In this document: positions 29,750 to 40,674 of the stretch, one piece after another
Layout of the letters: every line of letters starts with the position of its first letter
How positions within the stretch are numbered: position 1 is the first letter of the stretch
Assembly (NCBI GenBank): GCA_965243325.1
Contig: CBDEUQ010000003.1
Span: 2,020,304-2,084,303 of the forward strand
Length of the DNA: 64,000 bases
Direction: 5' to 3'
DNA from: Alphaproteobacteria bacterium
GTDB taxonomy: Bacteria; Pseudomonadota; Alphaproteobacteria; UBA7887
Made by a program: the position numbers and the translations under genes
The notes under the pieces: generated by a model
The model's input: only the letters and a program-made list of their open reading frames with translations
Database searches by the model: none
What the model was told of the DNA's origin: nothing

Positions 29750-30067
29750 ATGATCCCGGGCGAAATCCTGCCGCGGGCGGGCGACATCGTTCTCAACGAA
29801 GGCCGCGCCGCCGTCACCCTGACCGTCGTCAACAGGGGCGATCGTCCCGTGCAGGTCGGCAGCCACTACCATTTCGCCGAGGCCAACGCGGCGCTCGACT
29901 TCGACCGCGCGGCGGCGCGCGGGCGGCGGCTCGACGTGCCGTCGGGCACGGCGGTGCGCTTCGAGCCCGGCCAGAGCCGCGACGTGCGCCTGATCGCCTA
30001 CGCCGGCCGGCGCCACGTCGTCGGCTTCAACCGGGCGGTCATGGGGCCGCTCGACGGGGAGGCGTGA
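29750..30067 (+). CDS. ureB: Urease beta subunit
   Basis: 105 aa [19 protein letters not shown]...[13 protein letters not shown]..., a canonical UreB. Confidence 0.95.
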   Translation: MIPGEILPRAGDIVLNEGRAAVTLTVVNRGDRPVQVGSHYHFAEANAALDFDRAAARGRRLDVPSGTAVRFEPGQSRDVRLIAYAGRRHVVGFNRAVMGPLDGEA

Positions 30068-30069
30068 GC

Positions 30070-31778
<1,709 letters not shown>

Positions 31779-31779
<1 letters not shown>

Positions 31780-32228
31780 TGCGCCGGGTCGCGCACGTGG
31801 CGGCGGCGGGGCGATGGCCGGCGGCGGCGGCGCGCGACAGCGTTACGCTCGCGTGGGACGACCGCCACCGCCGCCGCGTACGCCTGGTGAGCGACCGCGG
31901 CGCGCCGTTCCTGCTCGATCTCGAGCGCGCCACGGCGCTCGGCGACGGCGACGGTCTGGCGCTCGACGACGGCGGCTGGGTGGCGGTCGTCGCCGCGCCG
32001 GAGCCGGTGGCCGAAGTCCGCACCGCCGACCCGCGCGCCCTTGCCCGGCTTGCCTGGCACCTCGGCAACCGCCACGTCCCGGCGCAGATTCTCGGCGACG
32101 GCGTGCGGTTTCGCGACGACCGGGTGATCGTCGACATGGTCGCCGGGCTCGGCGCCGCGGTCGTCCGCCTACAGGCGCCGTTCGACCCGGAGCGCGGCGC
32201 CTATCACGACCGCCGCGGCGATGGATGA
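31779..32228 (+). CDS. ureE: Urease accessory protein UreE
   Basis: ATG overlaps the ureC stop (TGATG). 149 aa, UreE-like. Confidence 0.75.
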
Positions 32229-32892
32229 CGCGGCGCTCTGCCGCCTGCTGGCGTGGACCTCGCCGGCCTTCCCGGTCGGCGGCTACAGCTACAGCCACGG
32301 CCTGGAGACCGCGGTCGCCGTGGGGCTGGTGGCGGACGCCGCCGGGCTCCGCGAATGGACCGCGGACGCGCTCGAGTACGGCGCGGGCCGCGTCGACGGC
32401 GCCTGGCTCGCCGCCGCGCACGACGCGGCCCGGGCCGGGGACTGGCCGCGCTTCGAGCGGGTGGCGGCGGACGCCGCGGCGCAGCGCGCAAGCGCCGAGA
32501 CCGCGCTCGAGGCGATGGCGCAGGGCGCGGCGTTCCTCGCCACCGTGCGCGCCGCGTGGCCGCACCGGTGGTTCGACCGGGCGGACGGCGTCCCCCTCGT
32601 GCACGCGGTGGCGGTGGGGCTTGCGGCGGCGGCGCACCGGGTCCCCTGCCACGCCGCGCTCGTCGCGGCGCTGCACGGATTCGCCGCCAACCTCGTTTCC
32701 GCGGGCGTGCGCCTGATCCCGCTCGGCCAGACCGACGGCCAGCGCGTGCAGGCGGCGCTCGAACCCGTCGTCCGCCGCGTCGCGACGGCCGCCGAACGGG
32801 ACCGGGGCGAGACGCCCGGCACCGCGACGCCGCTCGCCGACTGGTGCGCGGCGGCCCACGAAACCCAGCATGTAAGGCTGTTCCGATCATGA
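32221..32892 (+). CDS. ureF: Urease accessory protein UreF
   Basis: 223 aa. ...[21 protein letters not shown]... is the UreF N-terminal motif. Confidence 0.85.
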   Translation: MDDAALCRLLAWTSPAFPVGGYSYSHGLETAVAVGLVADAAGLREWTADALEYGAGRVDGAWLAAAHDAARAGDWPRFERVAADAAAQRASAETALEAMAQGAAFLATVRAAWPHRWFDRADGVPLVHAVAVGLAAAAHRVPCHAALVAALHGFAANLVSAGVRLIPLGQTDGQRVQAALEPVVRRVATAAERDRGETPGTATPLADWCAAAHETQHVRLFRS

Positions 32893-33524
32893 CGCATTCC
32901 GCTCACGGCCCCGCCCGCATCGGCATCGGCGGCCCCGTCGGCTCCGGCAAGACCGCGCTCGCCGACGCCCTCTGCAAGCGCCTGCGCGGCGACTGGGAGA
33001 TCGCGGTCGTAACGAACGACATCTACACCCGGGAGGACGCCAACTTCCTCGTCCGCTCGGGCGCGCTGGTGGCCGAGCGCATCGCCGGCGTGGAGACCGG
33101 GGGCTGTCCGCACACCGCCATCCGCGAGGACGCCTCCATCAACCTCGCGGCGGTCGCGGCGATGAACGCCCGGTTCCCGGACCTCGACCTGATCCTGATC
33201 GAGTCCGGCGGCGACAACCTTGCCGCCACCTTCAGCCCCGAGCTGGCCGACATCACGCTCTACGTCATCGACGTGGCCGCCGGCGACAAGATCCCGCGCA
33301 AGGGCGGGCCCGGCATCACGCGTTCCGACCTGCTGGTGATCAACAAGATCGATCTCGCGCCGCTGGTCGGCGCCGACCTCGGCGTGATGGACCGCGATGC
33401 GCGCAAGATGCGGGGCGAGCGCCCCTTCGTTTTCGCCAACCTCAAGGCCGGCGACGGGCTGGCGCGCATCGCCGACTTCGTGCTGACCCAGACCGGCCTC
33501 GCGGGCGCGCCCGCCGCATCGTAA
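32889..33524 (+). CDS. ureG: Urease accessory GTPase UreG
   Basis: ATG at 32889 (ATGA overlap with ureF), in frame inside track ORF 32253..33524. P-loop [11 protein letters not shown], then ...ESGGDNL... and ...VINKIDLA.... Confidence 0.9.
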   Translation: MTHSAHGPARIGIGGPVGSGKTALADALCKRLRGDWEIAVVTNDIYTREDANFLVRSGALVAERIAGVETGGCPHTAIREDASINLAAVAAMNARFPDLDLILIESGGDNLAATFSPELADITLYVIDVAAGDKIPRKGGPGITRSDLLVINKIDLAPLVGADLGVMDRDARKMRGERPFVFANLKAGDGLARIADFVLTQTGLAGAPAAS

Positions 33525-33599
33525 GTCCGCCCCGCGCGGCGCGCCCCGACCGCCGGGCGGCGGCCGGAGCGCGGAGCGGCGGGGGACTGCGGCCGCTCC

Positions 33600-34076
33600 C
33601 TAATCGTCGTCGTCGTCCCAGTCGTCGTCGTACCGGTCGCCGTGACGGCGGTGCCAGCGGTCGCTCATGGACAGCGCGCCGTCGCCGTTGCGGTCCAGCC
33701 GCTCCACGACGGCCGCGAGCGGTCGGTCGTATTCGGCGCGGCTGACGACGGCGTCGCCGTCGGCGTCGAGGAACTGGAAGGCCCGCACCGTCAGCGGCCG
33801 CGTCGTCTCGTGCCAGACACCGGCGAACTCGTCGAGGTCGAGGTTTCCGTCGCCGTTGCCGTCGTGGGCCGCGTGGCGCGCGTTGCGCACCGTGTCGATC
33901 TCGGCCTGCGTCAGCTTGCCGTCGCCGTCGGCGTCGACCGACCGGAACATGTCCATCGCCATGACCGCGAACGGCCCCTTGGCCAAGTGGGCGTGGCCCG
34001 CGTAGCCGGCGACCGCGACTCCGACCACGGCGACCGCCGCGCCGGCTCCGATCCAGGCCATCGTTCTCTTTTTCAT
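33600..34076 (-). CDS. Secreted or periplasmic EF-hand calcium-binding protein
   Basis: Track ORF 33600..34133. Probable start MKKRTMAWIGAGAAVAVVGVAVAG (signal peptide) at 34076. Four EF-hand loops (DADGDGKLTQAE, DGNGDGNLDLDE, DADGDAVVSRAE, DRNGDGALSMSD) and an acidic C-terminal tail DDDWDDDDD. Confidence 0.8.
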   Translation of the reverse strand: MKKRTMAWIGAGAAVAVVGVAVAGYAGHAHLAKGPFAVMAMDMFRSVDADGDGKLTQAEIDTVRNARHAAHDGNGDGNLDLDEFAGVWHETTRPLTVRAFQFLDADGDAVVSRAEYDRPLAAVVERLDRNGDGALSMSDRWHRRHGDRYDDDWDDDDD

Positions 34077-34246
34077 CGTTCCGCTCCCTTGTGGGTTGTC
34101 GATGCGCCGGAACGTGGGCCGCGCCTGTCGCAAAAGCTTGTCCCGCGGGCTCCTTTTTCGTCGCGAACGCTGTCCGGCGGGCCGGTTGACAGACTTTGTT
34201 ACACTTTCGTCCCGCGTCCGCCGGCGCGCCGCATTATCGGTCCCTC

Positions 34247-34966
34247 ATGGAGCCTGAGCCGCACGTCCTCGTCGTCGACGACCACCGGGACATCCGCGAG
34301 CCGCTGGCCCGCTACCTGGAGCGTCACGGCCTGCGCGCTTCGGTCGCCGACGGGGCGCGGGCCGCGCGCCGCGTTCTCGAGCAGGCGGCCGTGGATCTCG
34401 TCGTGCTCGACGTCATGATGCCGGGCGAGGACGGTCTGGCGCTGTGCCGGCACCTGCGCGAGACCACGCGGATTCCCGTCATCCTGCTGACGGCAATGGC
34501 CGAGGACACCGACCGGATCGTCGGCCTCGAGATGGGCGCCGACGACTATGTGACCAAGCCGTTCAACCCGCGCGAGCTGCTGGCCCGCGTCAAGGCGGTG
34601 ATCCGGCGCGCGCGCAGCCTGCCGCCCGACCGCGAGCCGAAGGCCGAGGGGCGGATCGCCTTTGATCGCTGGACGCTGGACGCGGACCGTCGCGAGCTTA
34701 CCGACGAGGGCGGAGTCGTCATACCGTTGTCCACCGGCGAGTTCCGGCTGCTCATGGCCCTGGTCGAGCGCCCGGGAATGGTGCTGTCGCGCGACCGGCT
34801 GCTGGACCTCACGCGCGGCCGCCGTGCGATGCCGTTCGACCGCGCGGTCGACAACCAGGTGAGCCGGCTCAGGCGCAAGATCGAACGCGATCCGGCGAGG
34901 CCGGAACTGATCGTCACCGTGTGGGGCGGCGGCTACCGCTTCGCCGGCAAGGTCGAGCGCGCATGA
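34247..34966 (+). CDS. OmpR-family two-component response regulator
   Basis: Track ORF 34196..34966. Probable start MEPEPHVLVVDDH at 34247. Receiver residues DD...D...K. C-terminal winged helix ...RLLDLTRGRRAMPFDRAVDNQVSRLRRKIE.... Confidence 0.85.
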   Translation: MEPEPHVLVVDDHRDIREPLARYLERHGLRASVADGARAARRVLEQAAVDLVVLDVMMPGEDGLALCRHLRETTRIPVILLTAMAEDTDRIVGLEMGADDYVTKPFNPRELLARVKAVIRRARSLPPDREPKAEGRIAFDRWTLDADRRELTDEGGVVIPLSTGEFRLLMALVERPGMVLSRDRLLDLTRGRRAMPFDRAVDNQVSRLRRKIERDPARPELIVTVWGGGYRFAGKVERA

Positions 34967-36396
34967 GGGCGCTACCGCGGAGCCTCGCCGGCCGGCTCGC
35001 GCTCGTGCTGCTGCTGGCGCTCGTCGCGGCGCAGGGCATCGCCGTGTTCCTGTTCGCCGGCGAACGCGCCGCCGCCGTGCATCACGCCTATCGCGAGAAC
35101 GTCGTCGCGCGGACGGCGACCGTCGTGCGCCTCATCCAGGGCACGCCGCCCGCGCTCCACGACTCCGTTGCCGCCGCGGCGCGAACGCGCTTCGTCCGCT
35201 ATTCGCTGACCCCGGAGCCGGTCGTCGAGCACCTCGGCAGCGGCGAGCGGGCGGAAGCGATCGCCCGCGACCTCGCGCGCGCCCTCGGCGTCGACCGCGG
35301 CCGGGTGCGCATCGCCCCCCTGTGGCGGCCGCATCGACACGGCGAGCACGATGACGATGACGATCACGATGACGACGATCACGATGACGAGCATGACGAC
35401 GACGATGACGACGATCACGAGCGGCCGCGGTGGAAGCGGCACTGGTTCGCCGTTTCCATCGCCATGCCCGACGACGGCTGGCTCAACGTCCAGGTGGGAC
35501 CGCCGCCCGGCGCCCGGCCATTCGGATGGACGTTTCTGCTCTCCTTCGCCCTGTCGGCGCTGGCGGTCGGCGGCGTCGCGGTGTGGGCGGCGCGGCGCCT
35601 GACGCGGCCGATGCGCCGTCTTGCCGATGCCGCCGATGCGCTCGGGCGGGGCGAGGATGTCGGCGACCTGCCGGAGGCGGGGCCGCTCGAGACGCGCCGG
35701 ACCGTCCGCGCCTTCAACCGGATGCGTGACCGCATCGACCGTTTCGTCCGCGACCGCACGACGATGCTCGCGGCCATCTCGCACGATCTCCGGACGCCGA
35801 TCGCGGGCCTGCGTCTCCAGGCCGAGTTCGTCGCCGATGAGGAGGTGCGCAAGAGGATCGCGTCCGGCCTCGACGAGATGCAACGGATGACCGAAGAGAC
35901 GCTGGCATTCGCCCGCGAGGACATGACCCGCGAGGAGACGCGGACGGTGGACCTTCGCGCGCTCGTGGACAGCGTGGCGGCGGACCTCGCGGACCTCGGG
36001 CACGACGTATCGCTGGCCGACGGTGGGCGCGTGCTGGTGCGCTGCCGGCCGGCGGCCCTGCGCCGCGCCGTGGCGAACCTGCTCGAGAACGCCGCCGTCT
36101 ACGGCAGGCGCGGCCGCGCCCGCATCGACCGGCCGGAAGGCGACGTCCGCGTCGCGGTCGACGACGAGGGGCCGGGGATCGCCGATGCCGACCTCGAGCG
36201 GGTTTTCGAGCCCTTCGTCAGGCTCGAGGGGTCGCGCAGCCGCGAGACCGGCGGCAGCGGGCTCGGCCTCGCCATCGCCCGCACCGTCGTCCGCGGCCAC
36301 GGCGGCGACGTGCGGCTGGAGAACCGCAAGGAAGGCGGCCTGCGCGCGACCCTCACGCTGCCGCGCGCCGCGGTCGTCGAGGGCGGAGCGGCGTAG
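34963..36396 (+). CDS. Sensor histidine kinase. The periplasmic domain contains a His/Asp-rich tract
   Basis: ATGA overlap with the response-regulator stop. Two TM segments flank a periplasmic domain containing HRHGEHDDDDDHDDDDHDDEHDDDDDDDHERPR. HAMP. H-box ...AAISHDLRTPIAGL.... HATPase motifs ...LLENAAVYG..., DDEGPGI, GGSGLGLAIA. Confidence 0.85.
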   Translation: MRALPRSLAGRLALVLLLALVAAQGIAVFLFAGERAAAVHHAYRENVVARTATVVRLIQGTPPALHDSVAAAARTRFVRYSLTPEPVVEHLGSGERAEAIARDLARALGVDRGRVRIAPLWRPHRHGEHDDDDDHDDDDHDDEHDDDDDDDHERPRWKRHWFAVSIAMPDDGWLNVQVGPPPGARPFGWTFLLSFALSALAVGGVAVWAARRLTRPMRRLADAADALGRGEDVGDLPEAGPLETRRTVRAFNRMRDRIDRFVRDRTTMLAAISHDLRTPIAGLRLQAEFVADEEVRKRIASGLDEMQRMTEETLAFAREDMTREETRTVDLRALVDSVAADLADLGHDVSLADGGRVLVRCRPAALRRAVANLLENAAVYGRRGRARIDRPEGDVRVAVDDEGPGIADADLERVFEPFVRLEGSRSRETGGSGLGLAIARTVVRGHGGDVRLENRKEGGLRATLTLPRAAVVEGGAA

Positions 36397-36399
36397 GCC

Positions 36400-36546
36400 A
36401 TGCGATGTCCCGGCCCGTACTTCCATCCGCTGCAGGGTGACGGGGCAGGCCGCTACGCCGTACGCTTGACCGCCAACTACCGGGTCACGTTCGGATCGGG
36501 CGATGACGGCGCGGCAGACGTGGACATGGAGGACTATTGTCGATGA
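36400..36546 (+). pseudogene. higB: N-terminally truncated higB (RelE/ParE-superfamily toxin) remnant encoding only the C-terminal ~48 aa
   Basis: MRCPGPYFHPLQGDGAGRYAVRLTANYRVTFGSGDDGAADVDMEDYCR matches the C-terminal half of HigB toxins (...LHPLKGDREGYWSI.VR.NWRI.F.F..GDAY.V.YEDYH). The N-terminal ~45 aa are absent. It begins 4 nt after the kinase stop. ATGA overlap with higA. Confidence 0.6.
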
Positions 36547-36848
36547 TGGAGAGGCATCCTTCCGTGATGCCGGTGCATCCCGGAGAGATCCTGCGTGAGG
36601 ATATTCTGCCCGCGGTTTCGATTACCGGAACGGCGATGGCAGCAGCGCTCGGGATCTCCGAGCAGACCCTTTACGACATCCTTGACGAAAAGCAGCCTGT
36701 GACGGCCGAGATGGCCGTGCGGTTCGGCAAGCTGTTCGGCAATGGCGCCCGCTTCTGGGCGACTCTCCAATGCCGCTACGATCTGGCAATTGCGGAACGC
36801 TCCGTGGAGGTCTCGAATATCCCGACCCTCGAAGCGAGGGCGAGTTGA
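36543..36848 (+). CDS. higA: HigA-family antitoxin (XRE-type HTH)
   Basis: MMERHPSVMPVHPGEILREDILPAVSITGTAMAAALGISEQTLYDILDEKQPVTAEMAVRFGKLFGNGARFWATLQ..., a canonical HigA. Track ORF 36537..36848 uses a TTG 6 nt upstream. Confidence 0.85.
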   Translation: MMERHPSVMPVHPGEILREDILPAVSITGTAMAAALGISEQTLYDILDEKQPVTAEMAVRFGKLFGNGARFWATLQCRYDLAIAERSVEVSNIPTLEARAS

Positions 36849-37214
36849 CGCTCCGAAGGGGATGACGGTGTGTTCGCACCGTCACGGCAAGGAAGGGGTG
36901 GCGACATTCGCGCTCGTCTCTCAGGTGCTCAGTCAGTCGGCATGGACACCCGATGTTCTGGAGGAAAGGCAGCATGATTTGATCGGGCGGCTCAAATCGG
37001 AATGGCGTCTTGGCTAAGCGCCGGGGTGCACTGTCGCCGATCGCTCCCCGATTGGCCTCGTTTGGGCAAGCCCCGGCGGCTCGGCAGGTGGGGAATGTAC
37101 GGAGGAGCCGCCGGCCGTGGAGCCGCTGACTCGAAACGGTGGCAAGCGTCTGCCAGAGGTCGATGCTTTCCTCGTATGATCGTACCCTATGCCAAGCGGA
37201 AACCACACCAGTCA

Positions 37215-37222
37215 AGCCACTC
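37215..37222. repeat. 8-bp target-site duplication (agccactc), left copy, IS256-family copy 2
   Basis: Repeated at 38503..38510, directly after the right IR. Confidence 0.8.
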
Positions 37223-38502
37223 GGTGACGTAAGAATTTATGTGTCAGGTGGGAAGGGGGTACTCCCTGTGGTGACGACAACCACAAACAGGAGCACCCCG
37301 CATGTCCCAGCAAGCTGCGACGATCATGAGCCTACCCCAGGCCTTTGAGGTGGTGAAGGAGATGCAGGCAGGCGGACTGGACTGGGGCGAGGGCTACCGC
37401 CCGCTCGGCCGCCAGGCGCTGGCCGAGATCATCGAGGGCCGGATGGCCGAGGCGGTGGATCGCTGGCTCGACAACCTCGACGCCGGCGCGATGCGCGACC
37501 GGCGCAACGGGACCTACCGCCGCTGCCTGCTGAGCGAGCTCGGCGACATCGAGCTCAACGTGCCGCGCACCCGGCACTTCTGCCCGACCGGGGTTGTGAA
37601 GAGCTACGCAAGGCGCGCGCCGGAGATCGACCGTGCCATCCTGGCCGGCTTCGTGCTGGGGCTTTCGACGCGCAAGGTGGGCGAGGTCCTGCTGGCCCTG
37701 CTCGGGCGCCCGGTCTCGGCCGCGACGGTGAGCCGGGTCTCCAAGACGCTCGACATGGCGGTCGAGGCCTTCCACCGCAGGCCGCTGAAGAACGCCTACA
37801 AGGCGCTGATGCTCGACGGCGTGGTGCTGGCCCGCAAGACCGGCGCCGGCGCGCTCAGGAGGCCGGTCCTGGTGGCGCTCGGCATCCGCCCCGACGGCAA
37901 GAAGGAGATCATCGACTTCCATCTCGCCGTCAGCGAAGGCGCCCGCGAGTGGGAAGTGTTCCTCAACCGGCTGTACCACCGCGGGCTCACCGGCGAAGGC
38001 CTTGAGATGATCTGCGTCGATGGCGGCAAGGGCCTGCTGGCTGCCTTGCCGTTCGTCTATCCCGGCATCCCGGTTCAGAGGTGCTGGGCGCACAAGATGC
38101 GCAACATCCTCAACAAGGTCCGCAAGGCCGACCAGGAGGCCGTCAAGGCCGATGTCCACGCCGTCATGAATGCAAAGAGCCGCCGCAAGGCCCAGAGCGC
38201 CGCCCGACGCTTCGCCGACCGCTGGCAAAGCACCTACCCCAAGGCCGTCGCCTGCCTGCGCAGCGATCTCGACGAGCTGCTCACCTGCTTCCGCTACCGG
38301 ACCCTCGATGAGCGAAAGCGGGTCAGGACCACCAACGCCATCGAACGAAGGTTCCGGGAGGTCCGCAGACGAACCCGGCCCATGGGAACCTTCCAGGACC
38401 GGACCTCAATGGACCGCGTCCTCTACGCGGTATTCATCCACGAAAACAAGTCTCAGGGAATCAGCACCCCCGTCTCCCTGACACATAACTCTTGACGTTA
38501 CC
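37223..38502 (+). mobile_element. IS256-family insertion sequence, copy 2 (identical to 10225..11504)
   Basis: Identity to copy 1 begins at ggtgacgtaag and ends at ...gacgttacc. Its own distinct 8-bp TSD. Same orientation as copy 1, offset exactly 26,998 bp. Confidence 0.85.
37302..38495 (+). CDS. IS256-family transposase (identical to 10304..11497)
   Basis: Identical 397-aa translation in the ORF track. Confidence 0.9.
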   Translation: MSQQAATIMSLPQAFEVVKEMQAGGLDWGEGYRPLGRQALAEIIEGRMAEAVDRWLDNLDAGAMRDRRNGTYRRCLLSELGDIELNVPRTRHFCPTGVVKSYARRAPEIDRAILAGFVLGLSTRKVGEVLLALLGRPVSAATVSRVSKTLDMAVEAFHRRPLKNAYKALMLDGVVLARKTGAGALRRPVLVALGIRPDGKKEIIDFHLAVSEGAREWEVFLNRLYHRGLTGEGLEMICVDGGKGLLAALPFVYPGIPVQRCWAHKMRNILNKVRKADQEAVKADVHAVMNAKSRRKAQSAARRFADRWQSTYPKAVACLRSDLDELLTCFRYRTLDERKRVRTTNAIERRFREVRRRTRPMGTFQDRTSMDRVLYAVFIHENKSQGISTPVSLTHNS

Positions 38503-38510
38503 AGCCACTC
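38503..38510. repeat. 8-bp target-site duplication (agccactc), right copy, IS256-family copy 2
   Basis: Perfect match to 37215..37222. Confidence 0.8.
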
Positions 38511-38550
38511 ACCCTGCCGGCTTGCCGCGACGCTGTCTTGGGGACTCGGC

Positions 38551-39597
38551 ATGACACCTACTCCGGCGACGACGGCTGGACCGCGCCGCGTTCCCGTCGG
38601 CGAACTGAGCCCGATGGTCTCCGGCATCTTCCGCTCGGTCGGCATGTCGGACGAGGACGCGGACCTCATGGCGACCGCCCTGATCGCCTCCGACCTCAGG
38701 GGCGTTCCGTCTCATGGGGTGATCCACGTGCCCGGCTACGTGGGCCGGCTCACCACCGGCGGGGTCGACCCCAAGGGCCGCCCCGCGGTGGAACGCCGGA
38801 AGGGCGGCGCGCTGCGGATCGACGGCGGCAACAGCATGGGCCAGATCGGTAGCGCCTTCGCCATGGAACGGGCCATCGAGCAGGCGCGGGAGGTCGGCGT
38901 CGCCATGGCCACGGTCGGCAACTCCAACCACAGCGGCGCCATGGCCTTCTACGCCATGATGGCGCTGGAACACGACATGATCGGCATCGCGCTGTCCAAT
39001 GCCGTGCCGACCATGGCGCCCTGGGGCGGGCGCGACCGCATCCTCGGCATCAACCCGATCGGGATTGCGATCCCCACCGATGCGGCGGCGCCGTTTGTGC
39101 TCGACGTTTCCTTCAGTGCGGTCTCGCGGAGCAAGATCGTCGTCCACCACCAGGGCGGCATGTCGCTCGAGGACGGCTGGGCGCTCGATGCCGAAGGGCG
39201 GCCGACGCAGGATGCGGCGGCGGCCCTCGAAGGGCTGCTGCTGCCCATCGGTGGCTACAAGGGGACGGGCCTCGCCATCGCCAGCGGGGTCCTGTGCACG
39301 CTGCTGTCGGGGGCGGGCTTCGGCACCGATCTGGGGAGCCTCGAAGCCGGTGCCGTCGCCGGTGCCGACGGCCATGCGCTGCTGGCCGTCGACATCGGCG
39401 CCTTCGAGGACCCGGCCGCGTTCCGGGCCCGCATGACGGCGGTCCTCGACCGCATCAGGAACAGCAACCCGGCGCCCGGGGTCGATCGCATCACCTATCC
39501 CGGCGAAGGGGGCCACGATCGGGCCCGGGCCAACCGCGCCGCCGGCGTCCCCCTCAGCGAGGACACCTGGTCGTCCCTCAAGGCTCTCTGCGACTGA
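38551..39597 (+). CDS. Ldh2-family (malate/L-lactate/L-sulfolactate/ureidoglycolate/ketimine-reductase type) NAD(P)H-dependent dehydrogenase, paralog 1
   Basis: 348 aa. ...DLRGVPSHGVIHVPGYV... and ...TVGNSNHSGAMAFY... are Ldh_2-family signatures. Confidence 0.8.
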   Translation: MTPTPATTAGPRRVPVGELSPMVSGIFRSVGMSDEDADLMATALIASDLRGVPSHGVIHVPGYVGRLTTGGVDPKGRPAVERRKGGALRIDGGNSMGQIGSAFAMERAIEQAREVGVAMATVGNSNHSGAMAFYAMMALEHDMIGIALSNAVPTMAPWGGRDRILGINPIGIAIPTDAAAPFVLDVSFSAVSRSKIVVHHQGGMSLEDGWALDAEGRPTQDAAAALEGLLLPIGGYKGTGLAIASGVLCTLLSGAGFGTDLGSLEAGAVAGADGHALLAVDIGAFEDPAAFRARMTAVLDRIRNSNPAPGVDRITYPGEGGHDRARANRAAGVPLSEDTWSSLKALCD

Positions 39598-39600
39598 ACC

Positions 39601-40674
39601 GTGGCCCGGTATCCAGGATCCGAATCCGAATGCCGAATCGAGGTGGACCGGCTGTCGCGCCTTGTCGCCGACATCTTCGCAGGCTGCGGCATGGCGCCCG
39701 AGGACGCTGCCCTGCTGGCCGACTCCCTGGTCCAGGCGGACCTGCGCGGCATCCATTCCCACGGCGTGCTGCGGGTCCCCGACTACGTGGCCAAGCTCAC
39801 GGCCGAAGGGGTCGACCCCCGCGGCCGGCCGACCGTGGTGAAGGACAACGGCGGTGCCCTCGTGGTCGATGGCGGCAACGCCATGGGCCAGATCGGCGGC
39901 GTCTTCGCCATGGACATGGCCATCGCGCGGGCCCGGGTCCACGGTGTCGCCGCGGTCGCGGTGGGGGGCAGCAACCACGCCGGCACCATGGACTACTACG
40001 TGCGCCGAGCGATCGGCGCGGACATGATCGGCATCGCCACCACCAACGCCCTGCCGACGATGGCGCCGTGGGGCGGGATCGACAAGATCATCGGCCTCAA
40101 CCCTATCGGGATCGGCATCCCCGGCGGCGCCGAGGGGCCGATCGTCCTCGATGTGGCGCTGGGCGCCACCGCCCACGGCAAGATCCGGGTCTACCGCCAG
40201 AAGGGCCTGCCTATACCTGCGGGGTGGGCCTTCGACGTCGAAGGCCAGCCGACCACCGATGCGGAAGTCGCCCTCGACGGCCTGATCCAACCGATCGGCG
40301 CCTTCAAGGGACTGGGCCTCGCCGTCTGCATGGGGGTTCTGTCGTCGCTGCTTTCGGGTGCCGGCTACGGGACCGAGTCGGGCAACATGGTCGACGGCGC
40401 CGCGGCGGGCCGCGACGGTCAATTCTACGTGGCCCTCAACGTCGGGGCATTCGAGGACCTGGATGCTTTCAAGGGACGGGTCGACGGCGTCATCCGCCAG
40501 GTCCGCACATCGCGCCGGGCCGAGGGGGTGGAGCGGCTGTACGCGCCCGGCATGCTCGAGGCCGAGATCGCCGCCCACAACGGCGCCCACGGCATCCCCC
40601 TCAACGAGGAAATCGTCGGCGGCCTGATCGAGGTCGCCGGCCGGTTCGGCGTCGCCCATGGCCTGGGCGCCTGA
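39601..40674 (+). CDS. Ldh2-family dehydrogenase, paralog 2 (tandem duplicate; the proteins share the same motif blocks)
   Basis: GTG start 3 nt after the previous stop. ...DLRGIHSHGVLRVPDYV... and ...VGGSNHAGTMDYY... parallel paralog 1. Confidence 0.8.
   Translation: MARYPGSESECRIEVDRLSRLVADIFAGCGMAPEDAALLADSLVQADLRGIHSHGVLRVPDYVAKLTAEGVDPRGRPTVVKDNGGALVVDGGNAMGQIGGVFAMDMAIARARVHGVAAVAVGGSNHAGTMDYYVRRAIGADMIGIATTNALPTMAPWGGIDKIIGLNPIGIGIPGGAEGPIVLDVALGATAHGKIRVYRQKGLPIPAGWAFDVEGQPTTDAEVALDGLIQPIGAFKGLGLAVCMGVLSSLLSGAGYGTESGNMVDGAAAGRDGQFYVALNVGAFEDLDAFKGRVDGVIRQVRTSRRAEGVERLYAPGMLEAEIAAHNGAHGIPLNEEIVGGLIEVAGRFGVAHGLGA

Noticed and set aside
35347-35420. GAY/CAY triplet array in the histidine-kinase gene, considered as a possible CRISPR-like or minisatellite repeat
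   Set aside because: It is in frame and encodes the Asp/His tract of the sensor domain. It is not an array of repeat-spacer units.
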